From Mobula birostris (lineage: Eukaryota), in the NCBI RefSeq assembly GCF_030028105.1, contig NC_092384.1:3329665-3393664 (forward strand): DNA of 64,000 nucleotides, written 5' to 3'. Below, in pieces: positions 1 through 13,342 of this stretch. The notes beneath the pieces were generated by a model that was not told the origin of the DNA, did not search any database, and saw only the letters and a program-made list of their open reading frames with translations. Numbering within the stretch: position 1 is the stretch's first letter; every line of letters starts with the position of its first letter. The position numbers and the translations under genes are program-made.

Positions 1-134
1 ATTGCCAGAAAGGATAGGGATATGTGAGGGTAATGTTGCAGGCCGTGGGCTAAGTTGCAGTGTAACAGGGGGACAACATTTAAAAAGCTGACGTATCCAG
101 AACTGAAGCTGTTATACTTGAATACACACAGACA

Positions 135-2465
135 CTAGACAATAGACAACAGGCAATAGGTGCAGGAGTAGGCCATTCGGCCTTTCGAGCCAGCACCACC
201 ATTCACTGTGATCATGGCTGATCATCCACAATCAGTATCCAGTTCCTCCCTTATCCCCATAACCTTTGATTCCACTATCTTTAAGAGCTCTATCCATCTC
301 TTTCTTGAAAGCATCCAGAGACTTGTCCTCCACAGCCTTCTGGGGCAGAGCATTCCATATATCCACCACTCTCTGGGTGAAAAAGTTTTTCCTCAACTCC
401 GTTCTAAATGGCCTACCCCTTATTCTTAAACTGTGGCCGCTGGTTCTGGACTCACCCATCAGTGGGAACATAATTCCTGCCTCCAGCGTGTCCAATACAT
501 TAATAATCTTATATGTTTCAATAAGATCCCTTCTCAGTCTTCTAAATTCCAGAGTATACAAGCCCAGTCGCTCCCATCTTTCCACATATGACAGTCCCGC
601 CATCCCAGGAATTAACTTTGTGAACCTACGCTGCACTCCCTCAATAGCAAGAATGCCCTTCCTCCAATTTGGAGACCAAAACTGCACACAGTACTCCAGG
701 TATGGTCTCACTAGGGCCCTGTAGAGCTGCAGAAGGATCTCTTTGCTCTTATACTCAATGCCCCTTGTTATGAAGGCCAACATGCCATTAGCTTTCTTCA
801 CAGCCCGCTGTACTTGCATGCTTGTTTTCAGTGACTGATGTACAAGAACACCTAAATATGGTTGTGCTTCCCCTTTTCCTAACTTGACTCCATTTAGATA
901 ATAATCTGCCTTCCTGCTCTTACCACCAAAGTGGATAACCTCACATTTATCCACATTAAACTGCATCTGCCATGCATCTGCCCACTTACCCAGCCTATCC
1001 AAGTCACCCTGCTTTCTTTAACATCCTCCTCACATTTCACACTGCCACCCAGCTTTGTGTTATCGGAAAAATTGCTAATGTTACTTTTAATTCCCTCATC
1101 TAAATCATTAATATATATTGTAAACAGCCGCGGTCCCAACACTGAACCCTGCGGTACCCCACTGGTCACCACCTGCCATTCTGAAAGGGACCCATTAATC
1201 GCTACTCTTTGTTTCCTGTCAGCCAGCCAATTTTCAATCCATGTCAGTACTCTGCCCCCAAAACCATGTGCCCAAATTTTGCCCACTAATCTTCTAAGTG
1301 GGAATTGATCAAAGGCTTTCTGAAAGGTCAGGTACACTACATCCACTGGCTCTCCCTTGCCCATTTTCATAGATACATCCAGAAAACATTCCAGAAGATT
1401 AGTCAAGCACGACTCCCCCTTCGTAAATCGATACTGACTCGGTAGGATCCTGTTACTGCTATCCAGATGTGTCGTAATTTCATCTTTTATAATTGACTCC
1501 AGCATCTTTCCCACCATCGACGTCAGGGTATCCGGTCTATAATTCCCTGTTTTCTCTCTTCTTCTCTTCTTGAAGAGCGGGACAACATTAGCCACTCTCC
1601 AATCCACAGGAACGGATCCTGTACCTATAGAACATTGGAAAATAATTACTAATGCGTCCACGATTTCTAAAGCCACCTCCTTATGTACCCTGGAATGCAG
1701 ACCATCAGGTCCCGGGGACTTATCAGCTTCAGATCAAACAGTCTATCCAACACCATTTCCTGCCTAATAAAAATTTCCGTCAGTTCATCCATTACCTTAG
1801 GTCCTTTGGCCACTATTATATCTGGGAGATTGTTTGTGTCTTCCCTAGTGAAGGCAGATCCAAAGTACTTGTCTCAACTCGTCTGCCATTTCCTTGATCC
1901 CCGTAATAAATTCACCCGTTTCTGACTTCAAGAACCCAATTTTGATCTTAATTATTTTTTTTTCCTTATCACATACCTAAAGAAGCTTTTAATATGCTCC
2001 TTTGCATTCTCGGCTAGTTTACCTTCGTACCTCATTTTATTATTTTTCTCCGCGTATTGCCATTTTAGTTACCTTGTGTTGCTCTTTGAAAGTTTTCCAA
2101 TCCTCTGGTTTCCCACTCGTCTTTGCTATGTTATGCTTCTTCTCTTTTATTTTTATACTGTCAATTACTTCCCTTGTCAGCCACGGCCTCCCCTCACTCC
2201 CCTTAGGATCTTTCTTCCTCTTTGGAATGAACTGATCCTGCACCTTCCGCATTATTCCCAGAAACATTTGCCATTGCTATTCCACTGTCATCCTGCTTAG
2301 GGTATTGTTCCATTGAACGTTGTCCAGCTCCTCCCTCCTTCCACCATAGTTCCCCTTGTTCAACTGTAATACTAACACTTCCGAGGTTCCCTTCTCCCTC
2401 TCAAATTGTAGATTAAAACTCATCATATTATGGTCACTAAGTCCTAATGGCTCCTTTACCTTCAG
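135..2465 (-). mobile_element. CR1-type LINE, 5'-truncated and decayed (RT C-terminus and 3' tail)
   Basis: ORFs 894-1676 (SGVPQGSVLGP, FSDNTKL) and 232-1002 (WQMQFNVDKC, LYRALVRPYLEYCVQFWSP) are CR1 ORF2 RT. A CR1-type microsatellite tail lies near 135-165. Confidence 0.92.
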
Positions 2466-2469
2466 GTCA

Positions 2470-4020
2470 CAGTATGCACAATAATATAGTTAATCATGTC
2501 AGACAGTTACAGATTGGGATGCATGACGTTGTTGGCATCACTGAGGCGTGACTGAAAGAGAGTTATAGTTGGAAGCTTAGCATTCAAAGAACACATTGTA
2601 GCGAAAGGACAAGTAGGTAGGCACAGGATTTAGCTTAATTCTGTTGGTAAATATGAAATCAAATTCTTTGAAAGACGTGACATAAGATTGGAAGATGTAG
2701 AATTATTGTGGTTAAAGTTAAGGAATTGCGAGGATCAAAAGACCCAGATGGGTGCCATATACGGGCCTTCGAAAAGTAGCAAAGATATGGCCTCTAAATT
2801 ATACGGGGTGGGGAGGGGTGGATAGAAAAATGTACGTCTAAAGGACAATGCTACGTTAGTCATCGGGGACAGAAATATGCAGGTAGATTGGGAAAATCAG
2901 GTTGGGCTGCCAAGAGAGAGAATCTTTAGAATGGCTTTTGGATGCCGTGTTAGAGCAGCTTCCAGTGGAGTCCACTGACGGATTAGCTACGTTGGATTAG
3001 GTGTTGAGTATTGAACTGGGGTTGATTCGGGAGCTTGAGGTAAAGGCACCTTTAGTCGGCAGCAATTTTAATATGATTAAAATTCATCCAGCAATTTGAG
3101 AGGGAGAAGTTAGAGTCAGTATTACAGCACAGTAAAGGGACCTGGAGAGAAATGATAGAGGAGTTGGTCAAAGTTGACTGGAAGGAGACATGAGCAGGAT
3201 GACCACAGACAGGAATGGCTGAGTTTCTTGGAGTAATTCGGGCGGCGCAGGTATATTCTAACGAAGAAGTTATATTCTAAAGGCAGGGTGACACAACCGT
3301 CCCTGAAAAGGGAAGCCAGTGCCATCATGAGAGCTAAAGAGAGGAAGTATAATAGAGCACATAAATAGGAAGTTGGAGGATCGGAAGCTGTTAAAAAAAA
3401 CAAACAAACAATAGAAGGCAACAGAAAAGTCATAAGGAACACAAAGTTGAAATATTGAGGTATGCTAGCTAATAACACCAAATAAGATGCCCTAAGTCCT
3501 TTTTTACAGGATTATAAACAGTAAAAGAGAGGCGAGAATAGAGATCAGATAGCTGAACAAATGACCGCTGGATAGGAGGTAATGGGGGATAAGGACAAGA
3601 GGAAAAACTGAGAAAGTATTTTGCACCAATCTTCACTCTGCAGGACACTAACACTATTATGGATAGTTGAGAGTATCAGGGAGAAGAAATGTGTGCAGTT
3701 GCTATTACTAAAGAGAAGAGACTCAGGAAGTTGAAAGCTCTGATGGTAGATAAGTCACTGAACCAGATGGACTGCAGTCAACTGTTCAGAAAAAAAGGTT
3801 TCTGAAGAGAATGTTGAGGCATTAGTAATGGTCCTTCAAGGATCACTAAATTCTCGCATGGTTCTGGAGGACTGGACAGTTGCAAATGTTTCCCCAGCCT
3901 TCAAGAAGGAAAGGGGGCAGAAGAACGGAAGTTATAGGAAAGTTAGCCTGGCTTCAGTGGTTCGAAATATGTTGGAGTCGATTGCTATCTAGAATGCTTA
4001 GGGGTACTTGGCTCAACATA
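2470..4020 (+). mobile_element. Heavily decayed CR1 ORF2 (endonuclease to pre-RT region)
   Basis: DVVGITE-like APE motif near 2525. Colinear similarity to the better-preserved CR1 at 24-25.5 kb, with many stops. Confidence 0.75.
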
Positions 4021-4611
4021 ATTAAGAAAAGGTCCAAAGTTGCCGACGTTAGTTTGTTCAACACAATTAATTTACAGGCTTAAAGAAACGAAACACCATT
4101 ACCACGAAGACAGTCTTCCATTTGGAAGGCGGAAGACCCGTGACGAGATCCATGTAGATGTGTTCCCACGGTCTGTCCGGAACAGGTTGAGTGTGAAAGG
4201 AGTTCCTGAGATTGTGTGTGGGGCTCCTTATTCCGTGCACATTTTCTGTCGGACTTCTCTAGACATTCCAGGTTACCAGCCTTTCCTCTTAATGAACTAG
4301 AGGGCACTGGCGACTCACTGATGAGCGGACATTGGGGAATCATAAACCTGACAGGGCTTGGAACGAATAGACAACCCAGCGGACCATTTTTGGAAATAAC
4401 CCCTTGCACCTGGACCTCGCAAAACAGAAAGTCAATTTCCCAACGAATAGGATCTATTACCTTAGTTTCGGGCAAAATGTTGATAGGCTGCTCCTCCTCC
4501 TCGGGTTCGCTACACTGACGAGTCAAGGCACTTGGTTCTTAACTCTAGGACTCCAGTCGGAAGCACCAAACAATTTGGACCAGTCAACGAAATGAGACCA
4601 TCTGACCTGAC

Positions 4612-6108
4612 TGGAATTGAGATTGCTGAGCTCTGGCTAGGATCTCTATGTGCTCATTGTCCACAGGAATTGTACCGGAAGATTGGAGGGAGGCGCATGT
4701 TGTCCCCCTGTTCAAAAAAGGTAGTAGGAATAGTCCGGGTAATTATAGACCAGTGAGCCTTACGTCTGTAGTGGGAAAGCTGTTGGAAAAGATTCTTAGA
4801 GTTAGGATCTATAGGCATTTAGAGAATCATGGTCTGATCAGTGACAGTCAACATGACTTCGTGAAGGGCAGATCGTGTCTAACAAGCCTGATAGAGTTCT
4901 TTGAGGATGTGACAGGCATATAGATGAGGGTAGTGCAGTGAATGTGTTCTATATGGATTTCAGTAAGGCATTTGACAAGGTTCCACACGGTAGGCTTATT
5001 CAGAAAGTTAGAAGGCATGGGATCCAGGGAAGTTTGGCTAGGTGGATTCAGAATTGGCTTGCCTGCAGGAGGCAGAGGGTGGTGGTGGAGGGAATACATT
5101 CAGATTGGAGGATTGTCTAGTCGTGTCCTACAAAAATCTGTTCTGGGACCTCTACTTTTGTGATTTTTATTAACGACCTGGATGTTGGGGTAGAAGTGTG
5201 GGTTGGCAAGTTTGCAAACAATACAAAGGTTTGTGCTGTTGTAGATAGTGTAGACGATTGTCAAAGATTGCAGAGAGACATTGATAGGATGCAGAAGTGG
5301 GCTGAGAAGTTGGAGATGGAGTTCAACCCGGATAAGTGTGAGGTTGTACACTTTGGAAGGACAAACTCCAAGGCAGAGTACAAAGTAAATGGTAGGATAC
5401 TTTGTAGTGTGGAAGAGCAGAGCGATCTCCAGGTACATGTCCATAGATCCATGAAAGTTGCCTCACAGGTGGATAGGGTAGTTAAGAAAGCTTATGGGGT
5501 GTTAGCTTTCATAAGTCGAGGGATAGAGTTTAAGAGTCGCGATGTATTGTTGCAGCTCTATAAAACTCTGGTTAGGCCACACTTGAAGTATTGTCTCCAG
5601 TTCTGGTCACCTCACTATAGGAAGGATGTGGAAGCATTGGAAAGGGTACAGAGGAGATTTACCAGGATGCTGCCTGGTTTAGAAGGTATGTATTATCATC
5701 AGAGATTAAGGGAGCTAGGGCTTTATTCTTTTGAGAGAAGGAGAATGAGAGGAAGCATGATAGAGGTGTACAAGATAATAAAAGGAATAGGTAGAGTGGG
5801 TAGCCAGCGCTTCTTCCCCAGGGCACCACTGCCTCAATACAAGAGTACATGGCTTTGAGGTAAGGTGTGGGACGTTCAAGGGAGATATTAGAGGAAGGTT
5901 CTTTTTTTCCTCAGAGAGTGGTTGGTGCGTGGAATGCACTGCCTGAGTCAGTGGCAGATACACTAATGAAGTTTAAGAGACTACTAGACAGGTATATGGA
6001 GGAATTTAAGGTGGGGGTTTATATGGGGGGCAGGGTTTTAGGGTCGGCACAACATTGTGGGCCGAAAGGCCTGTGCTGTGCTATACTATTCTATTTTCTA
6101 TGTTCTAA
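4612..6108 (+). mobile_element. CR1 RT/3' end inside the Sushi element
   Basis: ORFs 4648-4923, 4938-5120 and 5160-5858 (FSKAFDKVPH, LYKTLVRPHL). The 3' tail TTCTATTTTCTATGTTCTA ends near 6108. Confidence 0.92.
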
Positions 6109-6294
6109 GACAAGTGGAGTGACAGAACGGACTCCAGGTGGCTATCTTCCCGGTGGACCAATCAATGTAGGGATTATAGCGGCTTAACAAGAAGTATCTA
6201 AGTACTATAGGAACTTGAAGAGTGGAAATTAGGTTAAATTGTACTTGTTCCCGATGGTTCCCAAACAGAATAAGAGACAGGGGTGGTGTGACAC

Positions 6295-7452
6295 TAGACG
6301 CCAGAATGCTATAGAACAGTACAGGCCCTTCGACCCTCGATGTTATGCCGACCCATATATTCCTGAAAAAAAAAACTACTAAACCCACACTACCCCGTAA
6401 CCCTCTATGTTTCGTTCATCCATGAGCCTGTCCAAGCTACTCTTAAATACCCCTAATGTTTTAGCCTCCACCACCATCCCTGGCAAGTCATTCCTGGCAC
6501 CCACAACGCCCTGTGTAAAAAAAAAAAAAAAACGACCCCTGTTGTCTCCCCTAAATTTCCCTCCCTTAATTTTGTACATATGCTCTCTGGTGTTTGTTAT
6601 TCTTGACCTGGGAAACATATACTGGCTATCCACACTATCTATGCCTCTCATAATCTTGTAGACCTCCATCAAGTACCTTCTCATCCTTCTGCGGTCCAAA
6701 TAGAAAATTCCCAGCTCTGTTAACCTTGCCTCATAAGACTTGTTTTCCAATCCTCTGCACGCTCTCCATAGCTTCCACTTTCTTCGTATAATGCGGCGAC
6801 CAGAACTGAATACAATACTTGATAAGTGTGGTCTCACCTAAGATATGTAGAGTGGCAACATGACCTCTTTACTCTTGAACTCAACCCCTTATTAATGAAG
6901 TTAGCATCCCATAGGCCTACTTAATTATCCTATCAACCTGTGCATCGACCTTGAGGGATGTATGGATTTGAACTCCAAGGTCCTTCTGTTCATTCACACT
7001 CTTATGTAACCGACCATTGACTCAGCCTTCTGCTTTGCCCTTCCAAAATGTATCACCTCACACTTATCCGGATTGAACTCCGTCTGCCACTTTTCTACCC
7101 AACTCTGCATCCTGTCTATATCCCCTTGTAACCTTCGACAGCCTACAGCTCCATCCACAACTACTCCAATCTCCGTGTCATCCGCAAACTTACTCACCCA
7201 TCCTTCCGCCTCTTCATCCAGGTCATTTATAAAAATCAGAAAGAGCAGAGGTCCCAGGACAGAAACTTGCGGCACTCCACTAGCCACCGACCTCCAGGAG
7301 GAATATGTTCCGTCCACTACTACCCTCTGTTTTCTTTCTTTAAGCCATTTTTTTTTTTATCCAAACATCCAAGGTTCCAGTGATCCCATGCCTCATAACT
7401 TTCTGGATGAGTCTCTCGTGGGGTCCTTGTCAAATGCCTTGTTAAAATCCAT
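6295..7452 (-). mobile_element. CR1 3' fragment inserted in the Sushi protease
   Basis: ORFs 6379-6837 and 6994-7317 are CR1 RT. The protease reading IHCT|TPPLSLILFGNH is rejoined when this segment is removed. Confidence 0.9.
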
Positions 7453-9879
7453 GTAGTGCAATGAATCATTCGGGCCAGATGTCTACCGTCCAGAGCCTGG
7501 GTCTTCCAGAGCGGTACTCAATGGCTCCAGAGGAATTCCGGCCCGGGAAGCTATGTTTTCATCCAACGGGTTTCCCTCGGCGCCGGAGTCTACTACAGCG
7601 GACAGAGGCAGGGACTGTTAGTTGTAACTTAAAGTAACCTGGATCTCCTTCCGGGTTCGTGGGACAGAAGGGAATGTTATGTGGCTCACCAGGGTCCCCC
7701 ACTCTCCTGGTGAGCCCTCCCTTTTTGGCCGAAGGGACCAGGTATCACTAAAGTGGCCGGTCTGGCCGCAATAGAGATACTCACTTTCTTTTAATCTCAA
7801 TAATCGCTCTGTGGGAGAAAGACGGTTCTATCCCAACTGCACTGGTTCCTCTCCCGAGGTGGTGGAAACGGCCGGACTGTGAGCTATACCAGGAGAGGGA
7901 GAAGATAAGAGGCTTGTGCTGGTGGGAGACGGTAAAGAGTACTAGGGAGTGGTCAAAGGTGCTGGACGACCAGTTCTCTCCCTGTGACTTTCTCGAATAC
8001 GATTGTCCAACCTGGTGGCTGAGGAGGTCAATGAATCCAGGCTGTCGGTGTTAGCCCTTGCCGCCAACTCGTCTTTCACTATGTCGCTGAGGCCATTCCG
8101 AAATACCCCTTGGAGTGCCTCATCATTCTACCCCGAGTCGGCCGCTCACCTCTGGAACATCACAGAATATTCGGTAACACTGCGTTAGCCTTGATGGAGA
8201 GTGAGGACGGGTTGGTCAAATATCTCTCTTATTTCTGTTTTGAAGGCGGAGATTGAACAGCAGATATTTGGCTGATTATCCCAAACAGCTGTAGCCCACA
8301 CCAAGGCACTTACCCGCAACAACCCCATGATATAAGTTATCTTTGACTTGTCCGTGGAGTACGTGGATGACTGCTGATCGAACACCAAGTAACATTGCAG
8401 AAGGAAGGTCCGGCAGTTCCCCAAATTCTCAGCGTCGTGCGGCGATCTTGGCGGAAGCGTTGCTGATACGTAGGGAGTTGTCACTACACGCTGTCTGGGC
8501 TGGTTAGGCAGAGTTTCAGGAGTGGATGGGGTAAGATCAGTGGACACTGAGTCCACCTGGTCTCACTTCTTCTTTACGTTAGAAGACAGGGAAAGGACGT
8601 TCTCCATGACATCCCGGAGAAGTTAATCGTGCAGAGCCAGTAGGGAGCCCTGTCTTGTTGCAGGGTATTCGTGTCCGCTGGGTCTACAGAGGCTAGATCG
8701 TTCAGTTGGCAAACCCAAGTGCAGGACACAGGCATGGGGATTAGGGCAGAATGCTTACGCGGACCTGAACGTTCGACAGCAAACAGGAGAGACCTTGACA
8801 CGGAGCCTTTATACGGAACTTTGACACGGAGAGCTGACACGGAACCTTAACAGGGAGATGCGGGGTTTCATAGGTTAACCCTGAAACTGGTGCAAAACTT
8901 AGAACAAACGGTTCGAAGTAGTCAGGAAACGTTAGATATCACACAGCAAAAAAAGACAAACAATCTGGCAACTAGGTTTTGTAAGGCCGGGATTCTTATA
9001 CTGCAGGTCCTATGGAAACCAGGTGGGCCGTCAGCAAAGAAAATTAGAAGCAATTGGGAAATTAACGGTCGAACCGTGGCAGAATGGAAGGAAATTAGAG
9101 GAAACTAGGGAATAAACGATCAGGACCGTGACAATGACCTGTTTTTGTCCTGTACGGTTCTATAACTCTGTCACACTCTGACTCTGTAATGTTATTGACC
9201 CAGAGATCCTCAGAAATACAGTTTGAATGCAGATAGCGAGGCTCGGAACATAGACTGGAGCAGCTCGCAACAGAAACTCCAGGCACTCGGAATGTAAACT
9301 AAGAGACCTCAGAATGTAGACTTAGGCACGTGGAATGTAGAATCAGGACACTCGGGGCGTAGACTCTGGGTACGAACTGAGTAAAAAAGGCATCCTCGTC
9401 TCCAAGCGACAGATGTCCTAGCCGCTGCGAACCTCCGCTGGATCCATTGATCGCAGAGTGCTGTTACAGTGAGCGCTGGCAACTACTGATCCCAAGTGCT
9501 GACGAACGGTCTGCTCCCAGGCAGAGCAGGAAACAAGAGGTTACAGATAGAAGTACCAACTGAGCATTGGAGGCATGACTGAACGACAAAGAGAGACAAA
9601 TCATACGGAACACACAATGACTCGTCAAACAGCACTAAACGACAGTCACATTAAACAATAATAGACAGCAGAAACCCCATTTCAGTCACAATTAACGTGA
9701 CAAAATTAAATTGAAAGCAGAAGGGCTCTTGAATATCCTTCAGACAACAATTAGTAAATACAGGTGGTCGAAAAATCTAAAATTCCAACACTCTTGAGTA
9801 AGCACCAAAGGCCAGCAGGGCTTATGGCACCTCTTTGTGAAAGCCACAAACATTATTTATTGCATTTATTAATTTTAAT

Positions 9880-10128
9880 GACACAGCGTGGTGTAGACCC
9901 TTCCGGCCCCTTGAACCAGCAATTGCTAACAATCCAGATTTTACCCGAACGAAACAATTTACAATGATCAGTTAACCTACCTGGTGCTACTTTGAACTGT
10001 GGGGTTCACCCGGGGAAAGTTCACGCATTGCACCAAGGGAACCTACAGAGACACCTTGCAGACGGTTCAGGGGATTGAACTCCAATGGCCCGAGCAGGAA
10101 CAGCATCATGCTGCCACACTGCCGTGGC
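9880..10128 (-). mobile_element. tRNA-derived SINE with V-SINE-like central domain
   Basis: Reverse strand has a tRNA-like head with a B-box (GGAGTTCAATCCC), then GTAGGTTAACTGATCATTGTAAATTG and a GGGCCGGAAGGG tail, as in V-SINE/HE1-type SINEs. Confidence 0.65.
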
Positions 10129-10139
10129 TACAATATATT

Positions 10140-12940
10140 ATGAATTCTGGAGTGTCGGTGGCTGAAGTGAGTGCAAGTTCATTCACAATCACAAAGCAGA
10201 ATGTACTTGGGAAACTGGAAAAAAAAATTGAATGTAGATAAATCTCGTGATTCAGAAAGAGGAGACCCCGGAGTTATGAAAGACTTACCTGAAGGGCCTG
10301 GCAGAATTTAATAAGGATCTTCCTAGAATTCTGGAATAGTTGCATTCTTCATTGCCACACAATGACTTCTGTCAGCCAACAATGTTTCTTTCTCTCCATG
10401 TGATCGTCTTTCCTATAACACCATGGATTAGAACAATTCAAAAATCACAAATAACTTCAAGGAGCAAGGGAGGCAAAGGCAGGAAATTATAGGTGTGTTA
10501 TCCAGACTTCAGACTTCGGAAAAATGTCAGTCTAGTATTAAGGATGAGATTCCAGGCACACGTTACAATATGCTGAATCTATCAAGGTTTCTATGAGGGA
10601 AAAAATCCCCAGACGAAACTATTGGAATTATTTCAGGAAAGTGCAGCAGGAGTGTCAGTTGTTGTTGTTTACTTGGGTCTTTAGAAAGCCTTGAGAAGTT
10701 GCCTACATGAGGCTGCTAAACAAGTTACAAGCCCTTGGCATGACAAGAAAGACACGTGAACGAGCAGGATATTAAGTATCCGACTAAAGTCAAAGAGTCG
10801 AGATAAAGAGTGAAATTTCTGGTTGGCTGCATGTGACTTGCAGATGGTTCGCAGGGATCGGTGTTGGTGGTTGGAGGAAGCAGGGAAACTGAAGAAGGAC
10901 GTATTCAGATTAGATCGGACAAATAATGGGCACATGGAATTTCGGCTAGGGCAGTAAATACTCATGCATTTGGTAGGAAAAAAAACATGAACTATTTTCT
11001 AAACAGACAGATAATTCAGAAATCAGCGGAATTACGTGGCAATCTTCAATTAGGATTCTCTAGAGGTTAACTTACAGGTGGAGTCGGTGGTAAGAAATAA
11101 AATGCAATGCTGTCTTTCATTTTAAGTAGACTAGAATATAACAAAGATACATAGAATATAATACAGCAAAGATATAAAGCTGAGGCTTTATAATGTATTG
11201 GGTAATCCCTACTTGGTGAGCAATTGAGTGAGTATAGTGAGCAGATTTGGATCAAAAAAATATATCCTGGCACTGGAGAGGATCCATAGGATGTTCAGGA
11301 GAATTAAAGGATTTTTCAGAATGGAAAACATTTATTGTTTTCATGTTGAATCTTGAGTTCAGAATGATGGTGGGGGGGCAGTGGTGATCTCATTGAAAGG
11401 TCTAGATTGAGTGGACGTGTCTTGGGCCAGAGGGCACAGTAGCTGAACACAAGGTCGACCCTCTACACAAGAGATGAGGATGATTTTTTTTTTGAGGCGT
11501 TTAGTGAATCTGTAGAATGCATCGCCACTCACGGCTGAGTATCTTTAGAAAAGATTTATTATTATGTTGCTGCGCAATGCAACTGGTGAGGTGACTGACG
11601 TTTCTGTGGGTTAGCAGATAGGAAAGAGTGACCACAACTCCTGAACTCTCAGGATAGCTATAGATAAGGATGGATTGGTGTTTGCGGGAGATTTTGATGG
11701 TGTAAGACAAATTACAAGGGCTTTAGAAAGAACTAAGAGGAGTTCATTGGCTATACGTTTTATTTCTGACAAGTCCACATCAGTAATGTAGATAGTGTTT
11801 AAAGTTCAGTTGCACAGAATACAGGAAATGTATGTACCTGTTAGAATGACGAACAAGGATGGAAAGATAAGCGAACTTTGGATGATCAGAGAAGTGATGA
11901 AGTTAGTCAAGAAGAAAACTGATAATTATGTACAGCTTCGGAAGTTAAGTTCTACTGGAGCACATGAGGAGTATAAAAACAAAACTGAAAAGAACCAAAG
12001 AAAGGAATTCGGAAAGCCAGAAGGGGCCATGGAAAGTTATTAGCAGGTAATATTAAGGATCAAGAATAAAGAGGAGAATATTGGCTAAGATGCAGAGAAT
12101 GTGAATGAGGTACCTAATGAGTACTTTGCTTCAATATTTCCCGAGCACAAGGACATGAAGAGTCAGGTGATTAGTTTTGTGTGAATCACTATTTTAGGGC
12201 ATGCAGTGGTCTAAAAAGAGGGAGTGTAGGTCTCCTAAGTGTATTCATGTGGACATCATCATTTACCGATAGAATTTAGCCAAGGACATGGAAGGAGGCA
12301 ATAGACGAGATTGCTGGGACCTTGACTAGAAACCTCGTGTCCTCGCTAGGAAAGGTAAGGTCCCAGAGGAGTAGCGGTTGGTTAATGTTGTATTTCTATT
12401 TAAGAAAGGAAGAAGGGAAAATCCTGGGAACTATAGTCTGGGGAGTCAGGCGTCAGTTGTAGGCAAATTTCCGGAGAACATTCTTAAAGATAGGATATTG
12501 TTAGGGTCAATTGTTTTGGATGAGGTGATGGAGTACTTGGTGACACAGGACAAAATAGTACAAAGTCAGCATGGTTTCCTGCAGGGATAATCCTTCTTGA
12601 CCAACATATTGGAATTATTTCAGGATATTACAAATTGGATAGAAAAAGGACATGCAGTGGATGTTGTATATCTGGACTTTCAGAATGCCTTTGAAAAGAT
12701 GTCACACATGAGGCTGTTTCCAAAGTTAAGAGTCCATGGTATTACAGGAAAGTTATTGACATGGTTAGAGCATTGAATGCTTGGTAGAAGGCAGCGAGTG
12801 GGAATAAAATGATCCTTTTCTGGTGAGCTGCCAGTAACTAGTGGTGGTCCACAGAGGTCACTGCTGGGACCACTTCTTTTTGTGCTGTATATGAATGATT
12901 TAGATAATGGAATAGATAGATTTGTTGCCAACTTCGTGGG
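10140..12940 (+). mobile_element. Two consecutive old, decayed CR1 fragments
   Basis: Remnants such as LDFQNAFEKMSH and SGGPQRSLLGP (12650-12900) and PGNYS (12420), with many frameshifts. Confidence 0.7.
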
Positions 12941-12946
12941 TATCTT

Positions 12947-13200
12947 GTAACTGTCTTATAACCATGATGTAATTGAATATCTTGTGAGCATGATGTAATG
13001 GTCTTGTGATGGTTGGGTAATGTAGTTTCTCCGACAGTGTGAGGTCACGTGATGACATGTTCTCAACAGGTATATAACGGGAAACACCTGTAGTTACTCA
13101 GTTTAGCTCGTTGTTTAATTCTTCAGTTACTCCGTTAACCTGCATATTCGTCTCATGTCGCAGTTTCCTTTTAAACTGGAGTTTTACTTTCTCTTGTAAG
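12947..13200 (+). mobile_element. LTR fragment (U3 region)
   Basis: Starts TGTAAC and contains GAGGTCACGTGATGACATG plus TATATAA. The same motif appears reversed in the solo LTR at 53734-54437. Confidence 0.55.
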
Positions 13201-13342
13201 TCTAGTATTGGAGACTGATGACCTTACTAAAGTTCGGGAAACTGAAGGACTGTGCAAAGTGGGTGTTGTTCCGCGGTTTAATACAGGATCAACTTTATTG
13301 AATCGTCGTTCAGAAATAGTGACCTGCATCTGCGATAAGCTC

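Larger units (their letters stand above)
4025..9133 (-). mobile_element. Sushi-type (chromovirus-like) Ty3/Gypsy element, fragmented by two CR1 insertions, RT and most of RNase H missing
   Basis: LTR start TGTCACGGTCC at 9133. GAACGATC leader then DPAD gag start near 8700. Gag ORF 8185-8556 (CRTFLLQC, YIMGLLR..WATAVW), CCHC knuckle near 7770, protease DSGAEGN near 7590 and LFGNHREQ..IDWSTG at 6105-6290. RNase H end, HHCC and integrase (PVPDRPWEHIYMDLVTGLPPS) at 4025-4610. Confidence 0.85.
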
